From NCBI GenBank assembly GCA_043228905.1, contig JBHGNT010000013.1:7502001-7566000 (forward strand): DNA of 64,000 nucleotides, given 5' to 3'. A program made the translations under genes and the position numbers. This document shows, one piece after another, positions 24,830-36,821 of this stretch (position 1 is its first letter; every line of letters begins with the position of its first letter). This stretch comes from Azolla caroliniana (Eukaryota > Plantae > Polypodiophyta). A model generated the notes under the pieces. It was given only the letters and a program-made list of their open reading frames with translations, searched no databases and was not told the DNA's origin.

Positions 24830-27474
24830 TGTTGTAGGGGTGGGGTGTGAAACCTAGAATGGTTGCCTCGTATCTCTTACCAAGGCCTTCATCACCACCA
24901 CCATCCTGCTCGGCTACCTCAGCTTTGCGCTGGAGGTCCTCCTGCCACACGTCTATTGGCGCTTTCTGCTCAACTTATGAGAGACTAAATGACTTGTATC
25001 TCACATGGGATTTCTTTTCTTCCTCATGTGGACATATTTTCTTCATTTCTTCTGCATCATCAATATTCTGATCTCGCTTAACTTCTTTGAGCTCGCAAAT
25101 CTTTGAACCTTCGATTTTCACATCATCATCATTACTAGTTGTAGTGCCAAGCTCTGGAATAGGTAGAGAAATGAAAGAAACAAGAAGAGGCTATAGCGCG
25201 AACCAAGATTAGGGTTGGGTGTATGCCCAGAGAAGGCACATGATGATGATATGCATGCAGCAAGGGAAGAGTAGAATCGAAGGACCAGAGGCAATGCAGA
25301 AGTGGTCGAATAAATGGTGAATCAAGGGATGATCTCGTGAAGCACTGCCATACCCATGGTCCACGACAAGGAAGGAAGAAGGTAAGATCGAACAAAGATC
25401 ATGATTAACGGAGTGGGTGAGATAGAGAAACAAATATAGGTTCAGATTGGCTAACTGACTAGTGGTACAATGACTTTTACTAGTACATGGATGTTGCGAG
25501 GGGGGGCGTTAAATCTGAGTTAGAGCTATCTTTCTATGCCATAGCCGACACTGGAAGACAGAAAAGAGAAGAGCAGAGAGAGAGATGGATATGATGTAAA
25601 GCTTCTTTCTTCGCAAAGGAAGCAGACACGCACACAAATAGGTAGACAAACACGCAGAGAGGGTGAGAGAGAGAGAGAGAGAGACTTCTTTTCTCAAGGG
25701 TGGGTAGGCCGTTCAAGCGTGCCAAAAGTGTTGTTGGGGTGGGGGGTGAAACCTAGAATGGCTTCACTCCCCTCCCAAGGGGGGTTAAGTTAGAGAGAGA
25801 GAAAGACAAATACAAAATGAGAGGGGAGAAATGTATATTTCATTGCATACCCCATAGGAGGTTTATATAATGCATCTAATGTAACGGTTACATGACCGTT
25901 ACACATTCTTGTACACATGCACGTAATTGTGCATGTGTCCATACACATACTCATCCTCAGACACTCATTTACTTTACACATACACATCAACCACATCATT
26001 ACACATACCCTTATGCCTCCCCGTATATTCTTACGGGTAACACATGGCACGCCTGTGGGACAGTGCATTGCACGGTGAAACCACTCGCCATGGCAACTCT
26101 TCTTGACTGGAACTCCATCGGTCGTCTCAACGGTGTCGTGGAGAAAACCGTCCCTAGGCAAAAACCGGGTATAACGTGCGTAAACCGGCCCTTACACATA
26201 GGCACAAGTTTTGTTGTATAGTACGTAGATAGGTACAAGTCGACAGAAGTAAAATCCTAGGTAGCATGCATTCTGTAGGGAGAAAATCGAGGTGTATCCC
26301 TGTCCGAAAGGACAAGAAATAAACATGATGTAACGGATGGTCACGGCCTCCCTCCTTGGGCTATAAAAGAGAGGGAGAAAGAAAGGGGGCGGGATCGCGT
26401 ATTGAGGAGGACGAAGTGTTGTCGGAGTGGAACCGAGCTCTTCTCCTCTGTCTTCTCCATAGTCGTTCTGTGCAGGTTTTCGGGATGCTGACTCTGCTCC
26501 ACGGAATGCCCGAGTGCTTCCGGCAGAGTCTCCATCTCGTGTTCTGTGTGTGTGTGTGTGCAGGCGTCGGAGCCTATCACCCACCGGCTTGCCGGTTGTA
26601 ACTCCTTGATTTATATATATACATACATTCATTCTATCTCCATTGTTCGGAGTTAGTTGCAACTCCTGTGAATCTGTGTGTCCGTGCGCGTGCGGATTAG
26701 ATTGGCAGTTCCCTTCCCCTCTTCTCATTCGGTCATTTCTCGGTTCAAGGACCCCATGGTCCCGCCTTGTTCTCCACGCACGCGCGTAACAACGCAACAT
26801 ATTTGGTGAACCCGACGTGAACAGGCGGCAGAGGAATAGAAAGATGAGAGGGTTGGATCTTGCAGAAGCCATGGCTTCGGCTATGGATCAGATAGTGAGT
26901 GCACGCGAAGGCACAAGCGCCCTCAATAGGGCTATTGAAGCTGTCGTCGGCACTGTAGGCCGGTTCGGTGGGAAGGACGCAACGAGCTATTTGGAGGGTT
27001 ACCGAGCCGAAATAGTGATGAGGGACATCCCGGAGGACAGGCGACTGGCCAGATTCCCTTGGGTGGCGATGCCGGGCATCCACGTGGAGGTGCTTGAGGT
27101 ACGGGCTGAGAGTCGGACCTAGGAAGAGTTTGAAGATCGGCTCCTTGAAAAATACGGGCTTCATGACGCACTTCGGCTATCGAAGCGGGACTTCATGGAA
27201 TGGGTGGAGACCCCCGAGAAGGGGAGAAACGCGTTGGTGCTCCTTCGGGAATTTGAAGAACACTTCGTGCGTCTTTCGGCACTAGACCGAACCGTATTGG
27301 ACACAAGTCGTGTCTTATTGTTCGTTAAATCGGTGGATGTAACGAACCGGAATCAAGTGGGCTTCCTACTGGAGACCGATGATGGCCTAACATCCGACTG
27401 GGCCGTAGTAAAGAGAGTCTGCGGCCGTTTTGACAAACGGCCTGAGTGGGTCGATAAAGGCTTGACGGGGGCTT
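24830..27474 (+). mobile_element. Truncated gypsy 5' end: LTR-like region (ending about 26799), tRNA-Trp PBS and gag
   Basis: TGTTG...CAACA termini and a TATA near 26362. PBS TGGTGAACCCGACGTGA at 26804-26820. The gag pieces 26817-27122 and 27195-27482 resemble the gag at 48925-49560. The exact LTR start is uncertain (24830, 25492 or 25729). Confidence 0.75.
26804..26820 (+). promoter_or_regulatory. Primer binding site complementary to the 3' end of tRNA-Trp
   Basis: It is the reverse complement of TCACGTCGGGTTCACCA, the plant cytosolic tRNA-Trp 3' end as I recall it. It lies just after ...CAACA and before gag. Confidence 0.8.
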
Positions 27475-27607
27475 GTCGTTAGCTCCATCGACATAGCTCC
27501 AGTAACCATGCCCAAGCAAGTATTGGTGCATCTTGTATGACCAAGATGTGTAGTTAGATCTATCGAGCTTCTCCACCGGGAGCGAGCTAGCTAGCCATTC
27601 CTCTATC

Positions 27608-28154
27608 TAACAATCGACAACGGTTCAGTTCGGTTCGGTTCGGTTTGAGAGGGTCCAAACCGAACCATTTAAAATTTTTGAAACCTGAACCAAACCGAAC
27701 TGAACTGCGAATCTGTTAAACCAAACCAGTAAACATTTTTCAAACCGTTAAACCATTAAACCATAAAAACCACGGTTTCGTGGTTCGGTTTCGGTTTTCA
27801 ACATAGGTCAAATTTTTAATTTTTAATTTTTTAAATTTATAATATTTCATTTTTAAAATTTTTTAAGATGTTCATAAAATGTCATAATAAGGTCTAAAAA
27901 TGAAAAGATTCTCTAACAACAAAATTTAAATTTTTTTAGATTTTTTTTAAAATTTTTACAATTTATTTTAAAAAAATTAAAAATTAAAAATTAAAAACCG
28001 TTAAACTGTTCAAACCACGGTTTTTGACTGTTGAAACCAAACCGAACCATTTTTTAAAACCCAAACCTGAACCGAACCGAACTGAACCGTTGAAACCGTT
28101 AAACCATGGTTTCGCGGATCGGTTCGGTTCAAACCGAACCGTTGCCGATTGTTA
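27608..28154. mobile_element. Non-autonomous hAT-type MITE (547 bp)
   Basis: TIRs TAACAATCG(A/G)CAACGGTTC. 8-bp TSD CCTCTATC (27600-27607) / CCTCTGTC (28155-28162). Subterminal AACCG/CGGTT repeats and an AT-rich core. The empty site is visible in related element C near 22987. Confidence 0.9.
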
Positions 28155-28689
28155 CCTCTGTCCATCACTTCTCTTTTTGTTCTTACCAGGTCTTAGGGTT
28201 TGTCTTTAGATGCTGATGTCGGTTGCAGAGGTTCTCAACCCTCGCGCTCTGATACCATGTAGAAACGAAGGTGCGGAGGCGTTAGACAACCGGCTTAGCT
28301 GGATAGCAACAGAGAGAGAGAGATTAACACATAGAAGGTACACAGGAGATCTATAGAGAAAGAACAGAACACTTAAATCTATTATCAACCACTTTGTAAA
28401 ATTCTCTGTACATACAACGTGCTCAACAACACTATTTATACAAGTCTTAAGAGGACTGACAAACGTACGGTGTACTTCAATGCTCACATGAGCGTCTGAC
28501 ACTAACTACGAGACATTAACTACCTAGTAGTTTAGGCTGCTACTAGGCTTCCTGTTACTGCTAGATCCGACTAACCGGCTCACTTGGTCTCTTGCTCACC
28601 GGCTCATCGGTCTGGCTCATCCTTTTGAATGTCGATCCGGCTCACGCTTATTCAGCCGATCCGGATCCGGTTGAGCTTGCCGCTCAACA

Positions 28690-28880
28690 CAGATGAAGTA
28701 CTTGGTACTAGCAAGATAAGACTTGACAAATCAAGTAGAAGGACGAGCCTTGACAAATAAGATGACGTCAACCGTTTCCAAATTTCTATTGAAGAGGTCA
28801 TTTGTTGATAGGGATGTGTAGGAAAGATAGTGACTGACCGAGGGGAGTTGGACGCACGCGAAGCTATGGAGCTCTTTGAG
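28690..28880 (+). pseudogene. pol: Gypsy host element A integrase core fragment
   Basis: QMKYLVLAR.DLTNQVEGRAL...GCVGKIVTDRGELDAREA is homologous to 58526-58640. Confidence 0.85.
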
Positions 28881-30200
28881 TAGAATGGGGAAGGAAAGAG
28901 TGAGAGAGAGAGGAGGTACGAACCTAGGGAATCACTGAGTGGAAAGGGGGAGATAGAGAGGGAGGGAGGGAGAAACTGAGTGACTATCTTCATGATTGAC
29001 TGACTACTCGAGATCTTGTACAGTTAAGACCTCCGTACAACATGACCTAGGATTGTGAACTGACAACCTCAAATGAAATTGACTACAGGAGTAACACAGG
29101 ATGGGACCATTGAAGCCTTGAACCAAGCAACCAGAGAGAGAGAGAGAGAAAGATAGGAAGAGAGGAATTAACCGGATGTCTTTACATGCGCACGGGCTCA
29201 CAACACGATCCAATTCGGACCTGTCACTAAATTTGGAATGATGAGCACATGGGCTCAGAGATTCAGAAAACACGCAAACGGATGGAAGCAGACATGAGAA
29301 TTCGGGCTACAACAGAGAGAACGACATAGGGAAACACAGAGACAACCACCATATACAACATAGTTAATTGATTAATCAATAATAGGGAAGAATACAATTG
29401 GGCTTGGTCAGCAACAGAGCTTCGAGGTCGTCACATACCCACACAAACACTGGTGAGCCTCTTATCGGGAGCACACGGGCCTCACGCGAGCACACCGAAA
29501 TGATAGAACAAAAAGCGGAAACTCAAAGCTCAAACTGAGAGCACTTCGACCTCCAAAACTGTCACATTCTAGACTTGAACCTCTAACTTTTAACACACAC
29601 AGTACATCATGTTATATTAACCATATGGAAACTCTTGTGAACTGTCCACATTCGATTGTGAAGTTGTATATATTGTAGAGTCTAGTGTATAGTACATTCG
29701 AGAATATTCGAGTTGTTAGTACATTCTAGAATTATTCTGTGGTATATTCTCAAGATATTTCTCGAGTATATTCAAGAGATATTCAATCTTGGAAATTGTA
29801 TAAATACTTGTAATATCCTTGGTCCCTTTCAAGGGATTCGACACCAGTCATTGACACATCAATCTAGTATTCTCATTTTGCCTCATCTTTGTGTCCTTGA
29901 TCTTTATTTCTGTCCTCATGCCCTCATGTTGCTGACAACATCTACAGTTCCTAGCCTTGTCACATCTAGCTCCAAGTTCATCCATCGCTCGTAGCCCCAT
30001 CATTTGTGCTCCGTCCTAGTCCGCGCTTGGTGTGTCTGTGACAAAATGATCATCCCCCTTTTTAATAGTTATGTTCCTCCCCTTTTATAGCACAAGGGGA
30101 GGTCGGTTACATCATCATTAATCATTGTTGTTCGGGTCACAGATTCGTTCCATGATTCTTTGCCAAAACACGTTGTCATTCCTTATCGTTATACATTACA
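28881..30200. other. Unassigned non-coding segment, probably an LTR/leader remnant in minus orientation, split by a solo LTR
   Basis: GA-rich tracts and a minus-strand TATA-like site near 30085. No second copy exists in the window. Confidence 0.3.
29560..30043 (+). mobile_element. Probable solo LTR
   Basis: TGTCACA...TGTGACA termini, flanks AAAC/AAAT, TATAAATA near 29800 and upstream GAA/TTC repeats. Confidence 0.7.
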
Positions 30201-30339
30201 GTAAAGTACCTAATCAATATCTCTGTCTTGTTCTTATTTTTCTTGATATTTACATCCTTTTTAATATTTATAAGCCCTCGTTCGTGTCTATCCTTGCACA
30301 CCCTTGTTCACGCGTGCCCGGCTCCCCTTTTCTCCTATG

Positions 30340-31145
30340 ACGGAATCCTTCACGACAACGCTCTATTCGTTACAACAATTACAACGAGCTCTACCACATT
30401 CCTAATGTTATTGCCGTAGTTATATTTATACTAATATAACTTTAGGGCTATTTACAAATATAGGTTTACTTGGCATATCAGAACATATTTACAAGTATGT
30501 CCTTTCCTGGATTCATCTATGGGGCTGGTCGATGCCCTTCGGATCTACTCCAGCTTCGGATCCATCCGATCCGTCCCTCCTTGATCTTCACCCGGTTCTT
30601 TCCTCTGGGCCAATCCGATCCGACTTGTCCTCTTCCCATCCGGAGGGATTTGTTTCCCAACAAACTCCCCCTTCACTCCGGCATGGGGTGCCTTATCAGT
30701 CTGATCTGTCTTCGACACGTGTCCAGCTTCTCCACTAACAACACCTTTGTTAGCAAGTCCGACCCATTTTCCTCCGTATGGATCTTTGTTAGAGAAAAGT
30801 CCTTTTCTTCTACCTTCTCCTGGATCTAGTGGTATCTTCTCTAAATATGCTTGGTCCTCGAGTGGTAGGCGGCATTCTTCACAAGGTGGATGGCAATCTG
30901 GTTATCATGATAGAATCGGAATTCCTTCCGTCGAATCACCAACTCTCCGATGAAGTCCTTCATCCAAATTATTTCCTTACTGGCTTCTACTGTAGCCATA
31001 TACTCTACTTCCGTGGTTGACACCGCCATGGACTTCTGCAACCTCGACTGCCAAGAGACGGCTCCCCCTGTATAAGTCATGACATATCCGAATGTGGACC
31101 ACCTGGTATCCACATCAGCCGACATGTCTGAATCGGTAAAACCTT
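30340..31145 (-). mobile_element. copia fragment D (RNase H, PPT and part of the 3' LTR), same lineage as 5292-10817
   Basis: ORF 30841-31155 reads GFTDSDM...STTEVEY...HSRTKHI. A PPT is followed by the LTR start TGTTGGGAAAC at 30662 (minus strand). Confidence 0.88.
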
Positions 31146-31149
31146 GTAA

Positions 31150-33549
31150 CATCATTACCCTTAGTAGGGTTATTAAATTTTAGGCCTGGATTTAATGAAA
31201 AGGTTGCCACTATTATTGCTTGAAATGGGTTGGAAAAAGTGTTGGTAAACTTTACCAATCCAATTACGGGACCAACTATAGTGGATGAGCAGAGTCCAAT
31301 AATCAAAGTTATCATTCACGGCGAGTAAGTAGCGAGTAGCATTGTTGATGATAATATTGTTTACGTGGTCGTTTGAAGATATGAAGGGGCTTGACTCGAC
31401 ATTCTGTCAGCATCAGATTAATTTGCATAGAGATGTGAAGCCACTTCAATAGCGACGGTATCGTTTAAATTCGAATGATGCAATGAAAGTAAAGGAAGAA
31501 ATCGACAAATAGCTAAGATTCGGCTTCATTCGACCAGTCAAGAAGGCTACTTGGCTGAGTTCGATTGTAGTCATGCCCAAAAAGAATGCAAAGATTAAGG
31601 TATGTGTCGACTATAGGAAACTGAATGTTGCAACAGTAATGGATGCATTTCCATTACCTTTGACTGATAGCGTCCTTGATGCAGTGGCTGGTCATGAAAT
31701 TTATAGTTTTCTTGATGGGTTTCAATGGTTATAACAAGATTCGAATGCATCCTAACGACTAGGAGAAAACAACTTTTGTCACCGAATGGAGTGCCCTACC
31801 GATTGCGATATCCGAGGTGTTGACAAAAACATGAAAATCTTTAGCCCAATTAGGGGGTTGTACGACGGGTACCTTTGTGAGCATCTTCTGTAGATAGTCA
31901 TACACATCTTGTTCGATTGTAGACCATTGAAAAGGTGTTTTGTGTACAATCGCATGTAGGGATGTTGCAACATCGGCCAAATATCGAATCATCCAACTGT
32001 GCCATCTAATTTGGCCTAGGAACCTGCTTAGAGCCTCAACATTTGTTGTTGGCAGTGGCACCTCCATTATGGCTTTAACTTTGTCGGGATCGACAACAAT
32101 TCCGTCCAGACTACGAATATGACTAGCAGCGTACCACTCGTTACGCTAAATGCACGTTTAGCCGGATTTAAACTAAGTCGACCTTGTTGACACCTATCTA
32201 GGCATAGTCGGAGGTGTTCGAAATGGTCCTTTTGTCGATTGTATACCACGAAATCATCTAAAAATACCCACATGAATGCTGGTATAAAAATTAGCGAAAA
32301 TCTCCATGATGACTCTTTGAAATGTAGCTGGAGTTGTTTTTAGTCCGAACATCATGACGATGGCAGTTGTCGGAGCCGAACCGGTATAGGCCAATTTATT
32401 ATGCGAATTGAAAAATATTTACTGAGTGGAATTATTCGACAACAGAATGTGAGGCTCTCAGCATGGTCTACAACGTAAACAAGTTCCGACATTACTTGTT
32501 GGGTCGAAAATTTACTTTCCATTTCGATCGTTCTGCCTTACTATACTTAGTCTCAAAACGACCATTAACAAGCAAACTAGCAAGGTGGACACTCCTGTTA
32601 CAAGAATTTGAATTTGACATTATCCATCGTCCAAGGGTTTAAGATGTAGTAGTCGACTACCTAAGTTGATTGGAGTTGGTGGAGCCAGGTACAAGGGTTA
32701 AAGATGATTTTCCTGACGCTCAACTATTCTGAGTCGACGCAGTAACTTCGACTGAAGTTGATGAAGAAATAATCGACTTGTGGATCATGGACATGTCAAT
32801 ATTCCTCAGTACCAGATTGCCACCAGAAGGAATGCCAATAGATGAATGGAAACAGTTAGTAGTTTCGAGTCAGAACTTCTTTCTACTGAAGGACGCATTA
32901 TATCATAAAGGAGTTGATGGCACATTGTCAAATTATTATGCAGTCGTGTATAAGAGGAGTACACCATACTACCCACAAGCTAACGAGTTAGCCGAATCAA
33001 CGAATAAACACTACAAATGATTCTGAGGAAGATAGTCAACAAAAAACGCACCGACTGGGATTAGAAGCTGCATAGTGCTTTATGGGCCTACCACACCACA
33101 TACAAAACAATGATCAAGTCGACTTCGTTCCAAATGGTGTTCGGATTAGAGGTTGTCATGTTGATTGAATTTCAAATTCCGACATTGCGGATACAGGTCA
33201 CCGAACAGCTCGACGAGGAGTAGTCGAAACGAATTTGGAAATAACAACTCTTGTTGCTGGAGGAGAGTTCGCTACAAGCAATGTGTCAATTGGAGCAGAA
33301 CCAGAGAAGAACTAAGGCATTTGTCAATCGATGTTGACATAATAAGGAGAAGTTGTTCGAGGTTGGCAAGCCGGTCTTAGTTTCTCAAACAAAAATGGGG
33401 GCTATGCCAAGACAGCTGAGATTCCAATGGACTGGACCATATTGAATTGTAAATATTAAAAAAGAAAAAACAGAAAACCGAAAAAGAGAAAAGAGAAAAA
33501 GATAAAAGATAAAGATAAAGAAAAGACAAAAAACAACTGTAACAGAAAA
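31150..33549 (+). pseudogene. pol: Non-chromoviral gypsy pol remnant (RT, RNase H, integrase) with an internal inversion at about 31791-32360 and an A/G-rich 3' tail
   Basis: Plus strand: IRVCVDYRKLN, YSFLDGF, KTTFVTEW. Minus strand: MFGLK, VFLDDF, RFLGQI. The plus strand resumes with RPIYYA, LARWTLLLQEF and STPYYPQAN. Confidence 0.88.
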
Positions 33550-34031
33550 GGGTGAAAGCATGCGAGTGGAAACAATTAGCTATGTCCTTGACATAGCTAA
33601 TTAGCTATGCAAAAAGCTACCAATGATAAATAGTAATTTTTCCACCATGAATGAAAACATCATAATGTTTTAATTATATAAATGAGCACCATAAATGTGC
33701 AATATAAACGTGCACCATAAGTGTGTACCACAAATTATATACCAAATTCCTTGGTCCATTATGCATGATCCATTGCCACATCACGTTGGCCATCACTTTG
33801 TGACTATTCAGGCTTAGATTACTACCAATTTTCCTAAACCCTATTGAGTCCACTCCTCCATTGCCGCCATTCTACACTCAGTTGCCACCATTGGGCGGTC
33901 CAAGAATCATCTTCCACTGTTCGCTCCTATTGAGTTCACTCCTCCACTACCGCCATTCTACACTCAATTGCCGCCAATGTTCGGTCTTGGATTGCCACCA
34001 TTGTTCGGTCCTGGATTGCAATAACTATTCC

Positions 34032-34439
34032 GTCTGTTGATTATCTTATGTATTATTGTGTATAATCTTGTGTATTGCGGAATAGTTTTGTGTATTGTTG
34101 TTGCCCATAGTCATCTTAGCTCATTCTCGACGGTGGTTGAGTAGGTACTCCGTTGTTGCAAACATAAACTTACCAATGGTGGGATCACTCCTGTGAATAA
34201 CCGGTTTGCATGTGGTTTAGTAACTAGCCACGTGTCTATTGATTATCTTATATATTATTGTGTATAATCTTGTGTATTGCGGAATAATTTTGTGTATTGT
34301 TGTTGCCCATAGTCATCTTAGCTCGTTCCCGACGGTGGTTGAGTAGGTACTGCACTGCTGCAAACATAAACTTACCAATGGTGGGATCGCTCTTGTGGAT
34401 AACCGGTTTGCATGTGGTTTAGTAACTAGACACGTGTCT
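34032..34439. repeat. About 202-bp tandem duplication upstream of the copy 2 transposase
   Basis: 34032-34233 is repeated at 34234-34439. Confidence 0.88.
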
Positions 34440-35239
34440 TTTTTTGTGGAAATTTACTAACGAATATGTCAAGACAAATGGAAGGGGAAGGAAGGGGAAG
34501 GAGGGTGTTTACCAATACCCCTCATGGATCATCAAGATAGGAATGACGCTGTAAGGACACAAGAATCGATACGAAAGTATTGGGCAGAAAAAAAAGGAAA
34601 CATCGTAAATTGTTGAAGGATAAGAAAACCACATTCACTAAAGGTAAGGATAGCATTGGTTGCGATATAGGTCTGAATACCACTAAGAATGGAAGTAATG
34701 AGATTACTATCATAGAGGGAAAGGTTGTAGACTATTTCAATGTCCAGACGAAGCACATCAGCAATGAAGACGAGACGGTAGTACTTTATGGAATATTAAA
34801 TGATCCGTTGATAAAGGAGTTAGTTGATTGTAAATAATCTCCGTAATAGTTTCATATGCATGAGCAGGTCAGAAGATGATCTTGTCTTAGAAACGTCTGG
34901 TCTAATGATGTTACTTAATAGTGATGTTGACGATCATAACATCAATGTGCTATCTAAGGTAATTGGTCTAATGATGTACAATACAATGAACCGGATAATT
35001 TCAAGTGGTGAAGGAACTAGTTTGCTAAAGCTAACAACAATATGTAAGACAATGACACCTATAACATCATAAATCAAGGATATAATCACCATATTTTGGA
35101 CTAATGAGAGTAGTGTTTCACCCAATAAGAAGGATTTTTGCAGGAAACGTGTTGGAATGAGTCAATACAAGGAGCATCTTATTCATCTTCTTGATGTGCC
35201 TCAGGTATTTACATTTATCTCAACTTTTGTTTTGATTTT

Positions 35240-36095
35240 TAAGCTAGTTAGTTAGCAAATTAGCTACCTCAAAATATGATCATAGCTGACTGGCTACTGG
35301 TAATAACTAAATAGCAATTGACAATAGCGAACTTAGCTATTATCAACTAATTAGCTACCACAATAGCTAATTAGCTATCTCAGAATATGACCATAGCTAA
35401 TTAGCTACCTCAGAATATGACCATAGCTAACTAGCTACTCGTAATAGTTAAATAGTGATTGCCAATACTAAACTTAGCTATTATCAGCTAATCAGCTACA
35501 TCAATAGCTAATTAGCTACCTCAGAATATGATCATAGGTAACTAGCTACTAGGAATAGCTAAATAGCGATTGACAATAGCTAACTTAGCTATTATCAGCG
35601 AATTAGCTACCACAATAGCTAATTCGCTATCTTAGAATATGACCATAGCTAACTAGCTACTGGTAATAGCTAAATAGCGATTGACAATAGCTAACTTAGC
35701 TATTATCGGCTAATTAACTACCACAATAGCTATTTAGCTATCTCAGAATATGACCATAGCTAATTAGCTACCTCAAAATAAACCATAGCTAAACTAGCTA
35801 TTAACTGTAATAGGTAAATAGTTATTGCCAATACTAAACTAAGCTATTATTAGCTAATTAGCTACCTCAGAATATGACCATAGCTAACTAGCTACTAGTA
35901 ATAGCTATTTAGCTATTGCCAATAGTAAACTTAGCACTTATCAACTAATTAGCTATTAAGAGTAGCTAATTAGCTAGCTTAATAGCTAATTAGGTATTGG
36001 CAATAGCCAGTTAGCTATGTCAAGAGCTAATTAGCTATTAAGAGTAGCTAATTAGCTATGTCAATACCTAATTAACTATATCTAACTAGCTACAT
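35240..36095. repeat. Intronic TAGCTAATTAGCTA array with a higher-order unit of about 110 bp
   Basis: Repeated ...TAGCTAATTAGCTACCTCAGAATATGACCATAGCTAACTAGCTAC...GACAATAGCTAACTTAGCTATTATC. Confidence 0.92.
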
Positions 36096-36469
36096 CAAAG
36101 CACTTTTTTTATACTCACTGGACTCCCTTTTTATTACGCAGGTTGATTTATTTATTAGGTTCAGGTGAATGCATCCAAATATCAAAGTTGAACTACGAAC
36201 ATTCAAGTCTCTTAAGCCACACTTTGTGAAACACTTAAAAGATCGATACACATGATGTTGCATTTACCATGTACAAATGGGTTTTCTCAAGGACTCTATT
36301 AATTTACAACGTCACCATAGCTCTTATCATGATATGGCAAGACTCGAACCCATGACCTTATGCTACATGGGTCAAGCTCTTGACCATTAGAACATACATT
36401 GTAATACATAGAATATTATTTTCATTTATGTTTTATTATAGAAAATTAATGTATATTCCAGATTTCTCT

Positions 36470-36514
36470 AGAACATTCTAGAAACTTCAAGAGTACTCCT
36501 AAGAACACTATAAA
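36470..36514 (+). promoter_or_regulatory. Heat-shock-element-like array and TATA box in the chromovirus 5' LTR
   Basis: aGAAcaTTCtaGAAacTTCa at 36470-36489 and TATAAA at 36509-36514. Confidence 0.65.
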
Positions 36515-36821
36515 CGAAGGCACAAGGCATTATTTTGAACCAAATCGGTTCAACGCCAGTCTTAAATCTCTTCACATAATATATATCATTTATCATTATT
36601 CTCTCTCACCCTTTCTCTCTTTCTCTCTCTATCTCTCTCTCTCTCTCTCGCTCACTCTTTCCTTCTCTCGAGAGTTCTACATCTCTCTTAATACAAATCC
36701 TCATCTTTTAGTACTAATTCCTTCTCTATCTTAGTACTGATCCTGACAGTTTGAACCGATTTAGTCCTCTTCTGTCTCCCTCCCTTCATACTAATCTCTT
36801 ATTCCTCTTTCCTCTCATCCC

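Larger units (their letters stand above)
16862..28689 (-). mobile_element. Ty1/copia element B, heavily deleted, hosting three nested insertions
   Basis: Matching LTRs at 16862-about 17225 (truncated) and 28258-28689. PBS (reverse complement GCTCTGATACCA) at 28246-28257. RNase H at 17226-17743, RT at 23522-24820, gag N-terminus at about 27475-27600. Degenerate TSD TAGCT/CAGAT; the host gypsy frame rejoins (VG-QMKY). Confidence 0.85.

Noticed and set aside
26804-26820. tRNA gene
   Set aside because: Only a 17-nt complement of a tRNA 3' end is present (a PBS), with no cloverleaf.
35240-36095. Palindromic array as a CRISPR or independent MITE cluster
   Set aside because: The spacers themselves repeat, there are no TIR/TSD boundaries, and the array lies within a GT-AG intron of the transposase.
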